A stretch of 41,669 bases of DNA, taken from the IMG/VR virus record IMGVR_UViG_3300025119_000002; one strand, given 5' to 3'. The position numbers and the translations under genes are program-made. The notes beneath the pieces were generated by a model. The model made no database searches and was not told the origin of the DNA. It saw only the letters and a program-made list of their open reading frames with translations. The DNA comes from a virus. Shown here piece after piece: positions 8,641 to 17,475 of the stretch (its first letter is position 1; the number at the start of each line of letters is the position of its first letter).

Positions 8641-9867
8641 TTACGCCCCGAGCGCGCGAACCGCACAGTGGTCGGCATACAGATTGCCGAAGCCGATCAG
8701 CACGTCGAAGCGGTTGATCATCTTCGACTGTTGGCCGTCGAACATCCTGACGAACCGGATGGCGATTCCGGTCTGCGGGTCGCGAGTCTGGGATGACAAC
8801 TCCACTGCCTTGGGAGTCTCCAGCTTCACGCCCACGAGCGCAAAGGCATCCCGATGGATAGCCAGCCCATTGGTTCCGGCCTTGCCGTTTGGCGAGCTGG
8901 TGCCGGGGAACAACGTCAAGTCGGCGCCATTCGCGGGCAGTGCGCTCACGTTCTGGTATTGGCTGCCGGGCCCCACGATGGCCGGCTGGAACGTGATGGT
9001 CGCCGCCGAAGCCGCCGCCGTCACATCGGCAGTGATAACGAACTGCTTCAGCACGCCGGTCGAGCGCCGCGTTTTGGGGTTCACGTTGAAGACGCCGGCG
9101 ATGTTGAACACGTCACCCTTCAGGAACGTGTCTCCCGTAGTTGCGGTCAAAGCCAGTGAGCCACCGGATTGTCCGGCGCTGCTGGTCTCAACTGTGCTGG
9201 CCCATGTGCCGGCCGTGTGGCTGTAGAGCGACATCGACTCGGACCAATCAAAACCACGGGCGCGCCCGTAGTAGCCTTCCTTGAAGGCTTTGGAGATCTG
9301 CCCTTGGTCGTTGAACAGCGCGGTGCCGCCATTGACGATGCCGGTCATAGCCGCTGGTGAAATAATCAGGCTAAGCGGACCGGCCGGAACAGCGTTTTCC
9401 TTGAGTCGCTGGCGCGCCGAGCCAGCGAAGTTCGTAGTGGTTGGGTCGGTGCCGAGGATTCCGACGATGTTGTTGGTGTTCAGGTAAGCCCAGAGCGCCG
9501 CGCGAGAGTCGATTTCTTGCGCCAGTTGCGCCATGGCCGGGTCGATGTACTCCCGCTTGATGGCATCCATACCGCGCTCGGCGTGGAGCGCAGCTTCAAC
9601 CGAATCCCACTCGAAGTCAATTCCGAAAACCTGATCCACCGTCACAGTGGTATTCAGCCGGTTAATGGCCTGCGGCGAGTAGCCCAAGCCGTCTCGAACG
9701 GTGAAGCGTTGCGGCAGCTTCACACGCACTTGTTCACCGACCGCAAACTCTCGCGTGAACTCCTTGTTATAGTCGGTGTTGAACATCTCTGCCACTACCA
9801 ACTGGTTCAGCAGGGTCCGCAGGGACTCCATGGTGATCCAGTCTACGACTTTGAAAATGTTGGGCAT
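8641..9867 (-). CDS. Major capsid protein, P22-coat-like family
   Basis: 408 aa. The N-terminal pattern (LRTLLNQLVVAEMFNTDYNKEFTREFAVGEQVRVKLPQRFTVRDG) matches the P22-coat-like family as I remember it. It follows the scaffold gene. Confidence 0.85.
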   Translation of the reverse strand: MPNIFKVVDWITMESLRTLLNQLVVAEMFNTDYNKEFTREFAVGEQVRVKLPQRFTVRDGLGYSPQAINRLNTTVTVDQVFGIDFEWDSVEAALHAERGMDAIKREYIDPAMAQLAQEIDSRAALWAYLNTNNIVGILGTDPTTTNFAGSARQRLKENAVPAGPLSLIISPAAMTGIVNGGTALFNDQGQISKAFKEGYYGRARGFDWSESMSLYSHTAGTWASTVETSSAGQSGGSLALTATTGDTFLKGDVFNIAGVFNVNPKTRRSTGVLKQFVITADVTAAASAATITFQPAIVGPGSQYQNVSALPANGADLTLFPGTSSPNGKAGTNGLAIHRDAFALVGVKLETPKAVELSSQTRDPQTGIAIRFVRMFDGQQSKMINRFDVLIGFGNLYADHCAVRALGA

Positions 9868-9878
9868 CGCTCAGTTCC

Positions 9879-10892
9879 TCATTGTGGTCGCAGCCTCTTG
9901 ATATCCCGAGCGTCCTGCACTCTGCGGTAACGCTCGAAATCTTTGGCTTCCAAGGCCGCATCCGCCTCATCCTCTGGCGCCGTATTCCGCGCCGCAAGGT
10001 CGGTAGGAGGAGGGGGAGCCTTGGAGTGCTGTAGGGTTTTCACGGGAGGAGCTGGAGCGCCATTAACCGGCTGCGCCGCCGCCAGGCTATCTTCGATCTT
10101 TCCCAACTCTCGGATTGCCTTTGCTGGCGTCAGCGCCGCAATGCGGTGGAACTCGGTTGGATTCCTTGCCAGATGGTAAAGCAACTTGCCGGGAATCTCA
10201 GATTCCACGATCGCGGCGAGCATGGCCGGCGTCGGCTTCAGATTATCAGCCTTGCCGGTCACTGCCTCGAAATCCTGGATCTCGGCCGCATCCTTTTCGA
10301 CGCGATTGGTGAACGCTTCGCGCTGTTCGGCGGCGGTCCTTTCTTTCTCAGCCGCTTGTCTTGTCGCTTCATGCTGGTCGATGGCCCATTTCGAGTGTGC
10401 CCGCTGGAACTGCTGCACAGCCTCTTCGTAGGTTTCGGCCTGATCCAGAAAGTGCTTGAAGATCGGTTCGTTCGTTGGCTCAGCGGCGGCGGGCGCAGCC
10501 GAGACCTTCTCGCCCTTTTCGCGCGCCAGTGTCGCTCGAACCTCCTCCAGTTCCCTACGGGCCTCGCGGCGCTCCCGCAGTATTTCCTGGATCTCGACGG
10601 CAAGCTGCTCTTTCCGCGCCTCAGCGCCTTTGTGCTTCTCTGGCTCCTCGCTCTTTTTTCCCGGTTCCGAGTCCGGCGCAGTTCCGCCCGCAGGCGCGGC
10701 AGATTCTTTTGCGGGGGCCGATTCCGCAGGTTTCGGCGTGGCTTCGGGGATTTCCCCGGTTTGTCTCCACTTATCGTACTGCTGTGAACTCAGCGCGGCC
10801 AGATCCACAGGAGTGTTTTGCGCATCTGTGCCGGCCGCTGCCAGTTCGGGCGCTACGGTTGACGAAGCCGTTACTTCTACGTCTGGAAGCAT
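9879..10892 (-). CDS. Scaffolding protein
   Basis: 337 aa, A/E/K/R-rich and coiled-coil-like. It lies between the portal and coat genes. Confidence 0.7.
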   Translation of the reverse strand: MLPDVEVTASSTVAPELAAAGTDAQNTPVDLAALSSQQYDKWRQTGEIPEATPKPAESAPAKESAAPAGGTAPDSEPGKKSEEPEKHKGAEARKEQLAVEIQEILRERREARRELEEVRATLAREKGEKVSAAPAAAEPTNEPIFKHFLDQAETYEEAVQQFQRAHSKWAIDQHEATRQAAEKERTAAEQREAFTNRVEKDAAEIQDFEAVTGKADNLKPTPAMLAAIVESEIPGKLLYHLARNPTEFHRIAALTPAKAIRELGKIEDSLAAAQPVNGAPAPPVKTLQHSKAPPPPTDLAARNTAPEDEADAALEAKDFERYRRVQDARDIKRLRPQ

Positions 10893-10911
10893 TTGCTTTT
10901 CCTCACCATGT

Positions 10912-10940
10912 ACTATACACCATCACAAGAACATTTTCCA
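10912..10940 (-). promoter_or_regulatory. Possible internal promoter ahead of scaffold/coat: TGGAAA-17-TATAGT
   Basis: Minus strand of the 59-nt portal-scaffold gap. The -35 is weak. Confidence 0.3.
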
Positions 10941-10951
10941 CACCTTCTGTT

Positions 10952-13027
10952 TCAGGCCCCGGTCGGCATGGCCGCATTCTGCATGGCCGTACCCTCCAAG
11001 GCGCTGGTTTTGGCGAACAATTCGAGCTGCTGCCGGATTGCCGCTAGTTCCCCTTGTACCATGGTCTGCGCCTTTTCGAGGTCCACTTTCATCTCAGCAA
11101 CCGCCAGTTTCGTAGTCTCCTGAAGGGCAGCGATCCCCTCCCGGCTTTCCAGTTCCAGGATCTTAGCCTTTTTCTCGAACTCAGCTTGCGCAAGCGCCTG
11201 CTTTGCCGCATCCAATTGCGTTTGAAGTCCTTGGAGGGTCGCTTGCAACTCAGCCGGAATCGGCTGCTGGCCAGCCTTTTGAGCCGCGATATCAGGCGGC
11301 GTCAGACGCTCGGCAATCTCATCACCGATCGGGCCGAGATTGCGCAAGCGCACGATCAGGTCTCCGATCCGCGCAAAGACTTCCGGCATACGAGCCAGTG
11401 TATCCGCGAACTCCGCAGCCTCTTCTCGCTGGCTCTGGTAACTTGGGCCGGTCGTGATCGTGACGTCGAACTCTCCCTGATCGGTCATGTAGCAACATTG
11501 CTTGCCCGTCTTGTCCGTATACGCTTCATTGATGCGAATGACCTCATAGGAATCATCAGGCTTGCGGATGGCCTCATCTCGCGGTGTATCATAGTAGTAC
11601 TTCAGCAGGTCGTTCAAGATGCGCCCACAATGCGCAAGCGCACGATCAAAGTTGTCCGTGTAGTGAAAGGACCCATGTTCTTGTATCTGCTGGATACGCT
11701 CGATTGCCACACCGGATTTTTGATTCTGGCGCTGCGCGGAGGTGGGAAGCGCAGCCGTCCCCATCGCAGCTTGGATCGCTCGCCGGGCGGATTCGGCTCC
11801 CATTTCGAGGGATTGAATAGGCGGATCGTACTGCGGCCGGTTCGGTGGCGGCAATAGGGCTCCTGCTGCGCCGTCAACCACCGGCTTGTATTCCAGATAC
11901 CCCAATGGAGCCTTATTGACGTTCTGCCATGCTTCCTCGTAGCCCTCGAATTGGCCGGCAGCTCCCACAAAGGGCACCTTCGGGGTCATCCCCACAAGCT
12001 CTGCCTGACAGGTACGATAGTAACAATAGAGCATGTAGGGATCACGCGCTAGCCGCACCAGCGACATGATGATGCGTTTGGAGCCAGCCCCGGCGTCCAC
12101 GTACATTTCTTTGCCCATTACGGGCACAATCGGAATCCATCGCCCCTTCCATGGGTTGGTCTCCAGGATCTCGATGCCGTTGGTGATGTACTGTATGACG
12201 GTCGGCGTTTCGGTCTTGGCCTGATTCAGAACACGGAACTGAAGGCCATCAGGCAATGTCACCGCCTCACCCTTTAGCTTTGCCCCTGGCAGTTCATCCA
12301 GGAAAATCTTGAGTGGGCCGTCCTGATTATCCAGCAACAGAAGCGTGCGAGCCTTCATCTCCACGCGCCAGTACTCAGCTACTTGAATACGATTGTCCTT
12401 GACCCAGGCCGGCGCCAGTTCCGCGATCTCCCCCGTAAAGGTCTTGATCTCCGCCTCGGGCCATCGACTCTCAAATCTTTTCACTGGTAAGGTATCGATG
12501 ATGAATGCTGCGCGTCCGTCCGAAAAGTCCGCTTCTTTTGCGTCGGGGTCGAGCAACACCGTGTCAGGATTCGGAATCGCCCGAATGACAAGCTCCTGAT
12601 CGAAACTGTCTGGCGCTGTCCGCCGGGCGGTGACCTTAAAGTACCCATAGGAGCGTTCCACCGCGTTCTGGAAGGCCGTGGCATAGGCGGCCTGGGCAGA
12701 TGATCGGTACTCGATCTGGCGAATGATGTCCGCCCGGAAGCGCGCCAGGTCGTCAGTTGCGCCGGCGCCTTTTGGCACAATCTTGATAGCCCGTTTGGAC
12801 ACCCGCACGTCGTTGACCGTGCTATTGACGTACTGGCTCAACTCGTCCAGGCTCAGGCAGGGGCGTCCTGCCGCTTGACGGACGCGTCGTTCGCGGGGCT
12901 CCCAGGGATCACCCGAGATGAACTTCATGTCCGTGCGCGCTTCCTCACGGATCTCGCGCCACTGCGCCATGTAGTAGTCAAAGTTCTGGCGAATCTCCTT
13001 GAGCAGGTCGTTGTTGTTGGGCATCAA
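10952..13027 (-). CDS. Portal protein (P22-like)
   Basis: 691 aa. The N-terminus (LLKEIRQNFDYYMAQWREIREEARTDMKFISGDPW) is typical of P22-like portals. The C-terminal coiled-coil barrel is A/Q/E-rich. Gene order is portal, scaffold, coat. Confidence 0.85.
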   Translation of the reverse strand: MMPNNNDLLKEIRQNFDYYMAQWREIREEARTDMKFISGDPWEPRERRVRQAAGRPCLSLDELSQYVNSTVNDVRVSKRAIKIVPKGAGATDDLARFRADIIRQIEYRSSAQAAYATAFQNAVERSYGYFKVTARRTAPDSFDQELVIRAIPNPDTVLLDPDAKEADFSDGRAAFIIDTLPVKRFESRWPEAEIKTFTGEIAELAPAWVKDNRIQVAEYWRVEMKARTLLLLDNQDGPLKIFLDELPGAKLKGEAVTLPDGLQFRVLNQAKTETPTVIQYITNGIEILETNPWKGRWIPIVPVMGKEMYVDAGAGSKRIIMSLVRLARDPYMLYCYYRTCQAELVGMTPKVPFVGAAGQFEGYEEAWQNVNKAPLGYLEYKPVVDGAAGALLPPPNRPQYDPPIQSLEMGAESARRAIQAAMGTAALPTSAQRQNQKSGVAIERIQQIQEHGSFHYTDNFDRALAHCGRILNDLLKYYYDTPRDEAIRKPDDSYEVIRINEAYTDKTGKQCCYMTDQGEFDVTITTGPSYQSQREEAAEFADTLARMPEVFARIGDLIVRLRNLGPIGDEIAERLTPPDIAAQKAGQQPIPAELQATLQGLQTQLDAAKQALAQAEFEKKAKILELESREGIAALQETTKLAVAEMKVDLEKAQTMVQGELAAIRQQLELFAKTSALEGTAMQNAAMPTGA

Positions 13028-13034
13028 GCGTCCT

Positions 13035-13253
13035 TCATCGCCTACCTTGATGGTTCCGCCAGTTATAACTATGCGATTCGCTGTCGCTCTTGCTTTTCAC
13101 TTTGGCGGGCAGTTTCTTCCGTGGAGTTGTGGCAAACTCCCGCAGTTGCGAATCAGACATCTGCATCAGGCCCTTGTTGCGCTTGTAGAGCTTCCCCGGC
13201 TCATGCAGAGCTATCGCCATCGCCCGTTGCTGAGCCTTTGATTTGGCCGGCAT
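13035..13253 (-). CDS. Small basic protein, DUF3008-like
   Basis: MPAKSKAQQRAMAIALHEPGKLYKRNKG resembles the KSKAQQ..A signature of that family. This is from memory only. Confidence 0.5.
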   Translation of the reverse strand: MPAKSKAQQRAMAIALHEPGKLYKRNKGLMQMSDSQLREFATTPRKKLPAKVKSKSDSESHSYNWRNHQGRR

Positions 13254-13254
13254 T

Positions 13255-13353
13255 TCAGTCGCCTCCCTCTCGCCAACTGCGGTAAAGAATCAGGAGCGCC
13301 GAGCCGATCAGCACTGAACCGAAAAGCCGTATCGCCAAAACGTACTCGTCCAT
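13255..13353 (-). CDS. 32-aa single-pass membrane micro-ORF
   Basis: ATG at 13353 to TGA at 13255-13257. Translation MDEYVLAIRLFGSVLIGSALLILYRSWREGGD has one hydrophobic helix. It is wedged between two genes. Confidence 0.35.
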   Translation of the reverse strand: MDEYVLAIRLFGSVLIGSALLILYRSWREGGD

Positions 13354-13361
13354 AAATCACC

Positions 13362-13754
13362 TCAACCATCGCCCTCGTCTTTTGTGGGAACTACCTTGGT
13401 TTCCTCGACTGTGGTAACAACCTTAGTCTCGGGAGTTGCCTTACTCGCGGCGGTTGAGCGGTGCGCGGGTTCGACCGTTGTTTCTTGAACGGTTGTCCTG
13501 ATCTGTTTGTGATCCGGCACCGGCTTTTGCCGAAGGAACATCATCATGCTCATGATACCGTTCACCACAAACATTGCGCTCATCAGGGACAGGAGTTTTG
13601 GCAGTCCGTCGTTAAGGTTGTAGTCTTTGGGGTCCATCCCTACCACAACAAACCCGCTGGTGACCGCCGAGGCTCCGCCCCCAATAAACGCGCCGGTCAA
13701 ACCATAGACCCATTCACCGAAATCGAGACTGCCGAACCCGAGAGGAAGTTCCAT
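13362..13754 (-). CDS. Holin-like membrane protein
   Basis: Two predicted TM helices (WVYGLTGAFIGGGASAVTSGFVVVG and LLSLMSAMFVVNGIMSMMMFL) and a charged T/E/K-rich tail. Confidence 0.5.
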   Translation of the reverse strand: MELPLGFGSLDFGEWVYGLTGAFIGGGASAVTSGFVVVGMDPKDYNLNDGLPKLLSLMSAMFVVNGIMSMMMFLRQKPVPDHKQIRTTVQETTVEPAHRSTAASKATPETKVVTTVEETKVVPTKDEGDG

Positions 13755-13789
13755 TGTGGCTCACCGAATACAAATGCGCTGGATGATTC

Positions 13790-14077
13790 TCATGTGAAGG
13801 AAGTTCCGTAAACTGTAAACTCTCGATCCGGGGTTGTGACGATCAAGGCGCCGGCGGCTTCCCACCGATACAACCATGTGCCTGCCGTCGCCACGACAAA
13901 GAGCATGGTATAGACGCCCGTGCTCTCCTTCGTCAGTTGACCCCCGGCGTAAGTATATGAGGTCTGCGAACCTCCGGGCGGGCGCACTTTCAAAGTGGTG
14001 GTCGTTGGATCGGTGAGCGCACCTGCGAGATTGCTGAAGGACGCGCGAAAACGAATCTCGGAACCAATGCTCAGCAC
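13790..14077 (-). CDS. Small beta-rich (Ig-like?) virion protein
   Basis: 95-aa ORF overlapping the end of the fibre gene by 7 nt. Confidence 0.55.
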   Translation of the reverse strand: MLSIGSEIRFRASFSNLAGALTDPTTTTLKVRPPGGSQTSYTYAGGQLTKESTGVYTMLFVVATAGTWLYRWEAAGALIVTTPDREFTVYGTSFT

Positions 14078-16410
14078 TTGATTATCTCCGAGACGACCTT
14101 CCCGGTCGGTTCCCAGGAATCTGTAATCGTGGCCGTCGCATAGATTTCATCGGTGATCTTGTTCGATTCGATAATAGCATAGATGCACCCTAGTGGCCCA
14201 GTCGCTAAAACAGAAGGAAATTGACCATTCAGGATCAGCGTGCCTACAGGAACCTGAATGTTGGCGCCCCGACCAACAGTCGGGACATGACCGATCAGCG
14301 TCAGAAGTCCCGTATTGACCGGGATTGCAGTGGGCGCTATTACAGTTGGAACCTGGCCGCTGAGTGAAAGACTTCCTGCCTCGACCAGGATGCTTAGATG
14401 GAGTTGCGGGGTGAATCCATCGAACGACAGCAATCCGGCCGGGACAGCGACCGCGACCGGAATGAGGGGAACCTGCCCCGTGAGCGTCAGGCTGCCGGTA
14501 TCCACGGGTACGGCCAGATTCATTTGCGGGCTGAATCCTGTCAGGTCGAGCGAGCCGACAGGTATAGAGACCACGACTGGTTGTAGAATTGTTGGAACTT
14601 CTCCCGTCAGGGTGAGTTCACCGACCGGAATAGCGATTGTGAAGCTGACGCCGACTATTGGAATCTGCCCGGTAAGAGTCAGTTCCCCGGTCGCGATCGG
14701 CACTGTCAAATTGACAGCGGGACCATAGCCCGTCAGGGTGAGTTCACCGGCGGGGACGGCGACCAGAAAGGTGATAACGGGCGTAGGATCGTGCCCGGTG
14801 AGGCTCAACGTCCCAGTGGCAGGTAAGATGCCGAAGTTCGCTTGGGGCGAATTGCCGGTGAGAGCTAACTCACCAACCGGAGGGATGACCACCACATTCG
14901 CGGCGGCAAGAACCGTGGGGGCCTGCCCGTTGAGGGCCAACGCGCCCGCGTCGGGCAAGACACCTGTGGCGAGGACCGGAGCCTGGCCGTTTAGGGTCAA
15001 CTCCCCGAGCGGGACGGGCACCGCGACCGGATTCAGGATGGTGGGCGCTTGGCCTGTCAGCGTCAGTTCACCAGCCGGGGGAGTGACGAATATGTTGTTT
15101 GCAGCTGTGACAACAGGCGCTTGGCCCGTGAAAACCAAAGCGCCGACTGCGACGGGAACTGCGAGATTGACCTGCGGAGCCTGCCCGGAAAGAACCAACG
15201 CAGCCGCCGGGACCGACACTGTCACTGGGGTAATGATCGTGGGCGCAAAACCCGTCAGCCCCAGCAAGCCAACGCCCACGGCGATAACTGTTCCAGCCGC
15301 CGCGGTAAAAAGCGCCTCTGCTATGACTCCACCGCAGCGCGGGTCAGGCGCAGCATCACTGGAAAAACCGAAGCGGAATAAGAGAGCATCAAAAGCTGCA
15401 TCTGTCCAAGCTCCCCCCGAGGGTTTCGTAGGGTAGCCTTTGGTCCGAAATACGTCAGAAGTTTCAGAAGGATCGCCGGAGTACACGTCGGAATCAGTAG
15501 AGCCATCACGAATCCGATACGTCGCATTGTTCGCGGTTGCCGTATCCGATCGTATCGCAAGAGAAACCTGCACATGCAGGGGCGCGGTGGTCTCGGCGGA
15601 ATCGGCGAGTACTACTTCAACGTAGTCGCCTGTCCCGATCGCACTCTGCGTCACATATTCAGTCTCGGCCGAGAGGGGCACAGCGTCCATCTGATCGTAA
15701 GCAGGATTGGAGCCGCTGATGGCGACGTTCCCGGCGTCCTCGAAATTCGCCGCATTCGAATGCGTGCCGTCCGCGCTCGGCTGATACCCGAGGACGTAGA
15801 TATCGCCAATGGGATAGTCTCCAGCGGTAAAGCTGTACGCACAGTCATCAAGGAAGAAATCAACCGTGGTCGTTCCGGTCGCATGGCCAAATGAAATGGT
15901 TCCTATGTCATCAGCAGCGGTAGCTAAAGTTGCCTGCGTTTCTGCCACCCCGTCGATACGCCAATCAAGAGTCCACGGGTCGGCGCTGGTATCCAGACGA
16001 CACTCAACTCGGTACCATGTTCCAAGCGAAGGTCCGGAAGAACTTACTTGCGCTGTTCCTGAGCCTACTTGCGCGAACCATTTGTTCGTACCTGCTCGGA
16101 TGCCAATTTTTACCACAACGGCGCCCGACTGTACGACTAAGATAAAAGCATCGAAACTCGGGGGAAACGCAGCAAAATTAACGTGCACGACAGCTACGAG
16201 ACGCCTGTTCCCAGCCGGGATATTGCGCGTGAGGCCCTGAAGAAACGCTGCTGGATTTATGCGAAGTGACGCTACGCCGGTGCGTTTTGTAGATGTGCTG
16301 ATTGTCGGGCTGCCGGGAACACTATCCCACAACGCCTCGCCTGTCGCGTGGCTAGCGCCTAATGCGGCAACTTGGTGCTCAAAGCCAGTTCCAAATATCA
16401 GCGTTGGCAT
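14071..16410 (-). CDS. Tail fibre/spike-like protein: N-terminal jelly-roll-like region plus 17 tandem ~21-aa repeats
   Basis: 779 aa. The core repeat P-x-G-x-L-x-L-x-G-x-x-P occurs 17 times (for example VTPPAGELTLTGQAPTIL). Confidence 0.75.
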   Translation of the reverse strand: MPTLIFGTGFEHQVAALGASHATGEALWDSVPGSPTISTSTKRTGVASLRINPAAFLQGLTRNIPAGNRRLVAVVHVNFAAFPPSFDAFILVVQSGAVVVKIGIRAGTNKWFAQVGSGTAQVSSSGPSLGTWYRVECRLDTSADPWTLDWRIDGVAETQATLATAADDIGTISFGHATGTTTVDFFLDDCAYSFTAGDYPIGDIYVLGYQPSADGTHSNAANFEDAGNVAISGSNPAYDQMDAVPLSAETEYVTQSAIGTGDYVEVVLADSAETTAPLHVQVSLAIRSDTATANNATYRIRDGSTDSDVYSGDPSETSDVFRTKGYPTKPSGGAWTDAAFDALLFRFGFSSDAAPDPRCGGVIAEALFTAAAGTVIAVGVGLLGLTGFAPTIITPVTVSVPAAALVLSGQAPQVNLAVPVAVGALVFTGQAPVVTAANNIFVTPPAGELTLTGQAPTILNPVAVPVPLGELTLNGQAPVLATGVLPDAGALALNGQAPTVLAAANVVVIPPVGELALTGNSPQANFGILPATGTLSLTGHDPTPVITFLVAVPAGELTLTGYGPAVNLTVPIATGELTLTGQIPIVGVSFTIAIPVGELTLTGEVPTILQPVVVSIPVGSLDLTGFSPQMNLAVPVDTGSLTLTGQVPLIPVAVAVPAGLLSFDGFTPQLHLSILVEAGSLSLSGQVPTVIAPTAIPVNTGLLTLIGHVPTVGRGANIQVPVGTLILNGQFPSVLATGPLGCIYAIIESNKITDEIYATATITDSWEPTGKVVSEIIKC
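14200..15285 (-). repeat. Coding tandem repeat region of the fibre gene (17 units, about 63-66 nt each)
   Basis: Counted on the translated protein between residues about 376 and 737. Confidence 0.8.
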
Positions 16411-16507
16411 AGCGCATTCGCATTAGGCTCATCGAATCAGAGGCGTTCGGATCGTTCCGAGCGACCCAAAGTTGACAAACAACGAGAGTAGCCAGAGCAC
16501 CACTAGG

Positions 16508-16714
16508 ATGATGGCCACCACATTGATGATGCGCTTGATCGGCAAGCGCGCCGTCCAGCATGGCGACATCGCCACCGACAATCAGTGGAATCCGGTCCAG
16601 CAGGGGGCTGGCGATACGCTGACCGCCCGTGCGGTGTCGATCGATGACGCTTCGCTCAAGGCGATCGGTGCAATGGTCGCCGCAGCGGTGGCCGAGGCAT
16701 TGAGTAAGAAATAG
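16508..16714 (+). CDS. Opposite-strand 68-aa ORF inside the late operon (moron-like)
   Basis: Third-position G+C is 53/68 by hand count. The overlapping minus-strand ORF 16379..16777 is C/H/R-rich. A TTGACA lies at 16472-16477 and hairpins follow the stop codon. Confidence 0.35.
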   Translation: MMATTLMMRLIGKRAVQHGDIATDNQWNPVQQGAGDTLTARAVSIDDASLKAIGAMVAAAVAEALSKK

Positions 16715-16715
16715 A

Positions 16716-16736
16716 CCTTCGGGAAGACGGCGAAGG
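16716..16736 (-). terminator. Hairpin plus T-rich tail on the minus strand (weak intrinsic terminator candidate)
   Basis: CCTTCG-9 nt-CGAAGG, followed on the minus strand by TCTATTTCTT. It also lies 1 nt after the stop of the plus-strand ORF. Confidence 0.35.
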
Positions 16737-16778
16737 ATAAGCGGAAAGGCGTTAGGAGAGTTGCGTTCGCAACTCATC

Positions 16779-17237
16779 TTACGCCGTCATTCCAGTGACG
16801 GTTAATATCCCAGAGGCGTTCAGTTGAATCGTCAAAGTGTTGCCGGTAGTGACGGTAATGTCCGCAGGGGTCGTATCTAGGAGGCTGTAGCAGATCAGCG
16901 GATCTGCCGGGGCTGTTGGCGTGTCGTCCCAGATGACGGCAAAGCGGCAGACAATGGAACCGCCTGAGGCGGTCCACACGGGATCGGTGGAGGAATCCCA
17001 CGTCGTGGTGTCGGTCGTAAACGACCAGACAGGAGTGAGCGTGATCCCGCCGGTAGTGTAGCCGTTGGCGTTGGCGTGCTCATTGGTGAGATCCGCCCTC
17101 ACGGCGTTGCTGACCGTAGCGGCGTTCGAAGTGGACAGATAGAGCGCCATCTTGAACGTATCGGTGTCCATCTCGAACACCTTGTTCCCCAGACGCTCCG
17201 GAAACGACTGATACTTACGCCAAGCAGATGCAGCCAT
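16779..17237 (-). CDS. Virion-associated hypothetical protein
   Basis: I chose the ATG at 17237 (MAASAW...), 1 nt after the upstream stop. Composition is beta-rich and T/S/D-rich. Confidence 0.6.
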   Translation of the reverse strand: MAASAWRKYQSFPERLGNKVFEMDTDTFKMALYLSTSNAATVSNAVRADLTNEHANANGYTTGGITLTPVWSFTTDTTTWDSSTDPVWTASGGSIVCRFAVIWDDTPTAPADPLICYSLLDTTPADITVTTGNTLTIQLNASGILTVTGMTA

Positions 17238-17238
17238 G

Positions 17239-17475
17239 TCAATCCTCCAAGGGTACACCCTCAATCACGACACGTGCTTTTAAGAAAAAGTAGCGACCGC
17301 AACTTACGCAGCAGCGCGGGTCCTTGATGTTCTCAACCTGTACGATATCACCCTCGCGGACCATCAGCACCTCGCAGAAGCCGGCAACACAGTACGGGCA
17401 GGTGATCCGCAGAACATCCGCAGACGGCCCGCCTGAAATACGCGGCAGGTCTGAGAGGCTGGGCGGCATCTGCAT
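17239..17475 (-). CDS. Small zinc-ribbon protein (CPYC...CVSC)
   Basis: The ATG at 17475 overlaps the upstream stop (ATGA). Two CxxC pairs are about 33 residues apart. Confidence 0.5.
   Translation of the reverse strand: MQMPPSLSDLPRISGGPSADVLRITCPYCVAGFCEVLMVREGDIVQVENIKDPRCCVSCGRYFFLKARVVIEGVPLED

Noticed and set aside
10146-11857. Several 190-270-aa plus-strand ORFs opposite the scaffold and portal genes
   Set aside because: They are antisense to confidently assigned structural genes and have S/R/A/P-rich low-complexity products. This is the typical antisense openness of GC-rich coding DNA. The same reasoning applies to 14738..15436, 3502..4092 and 37534..38232.
14703-14717. Perfect palindrome CTGTCAA-A-TTGACAG containing two TTGACA boxes
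   Set aside because: It lies inside the repetitive fibre coding region with no nearby -10 elements or gene starts. It is most simply a coincidence of the repeat codons.
1929-16410. Diversity-generating retroelement acting on the fibre/tail genes
   Set aside because: There is no reverse transcriptase ORF anywhere. I found no template/variable repeat pair matching the 3' ends of the tail genes.
16379-16777. 132-aa minus-strand ORF filling the gap upstream of the fibre gene
   Set aside because: Its composition is Cys/His/Arg-rich, and its third codon position coincides with first positions of the plus-strand ORF, which carries the GC3 signal. It would also overlap the fibre gene start by 32 nt.
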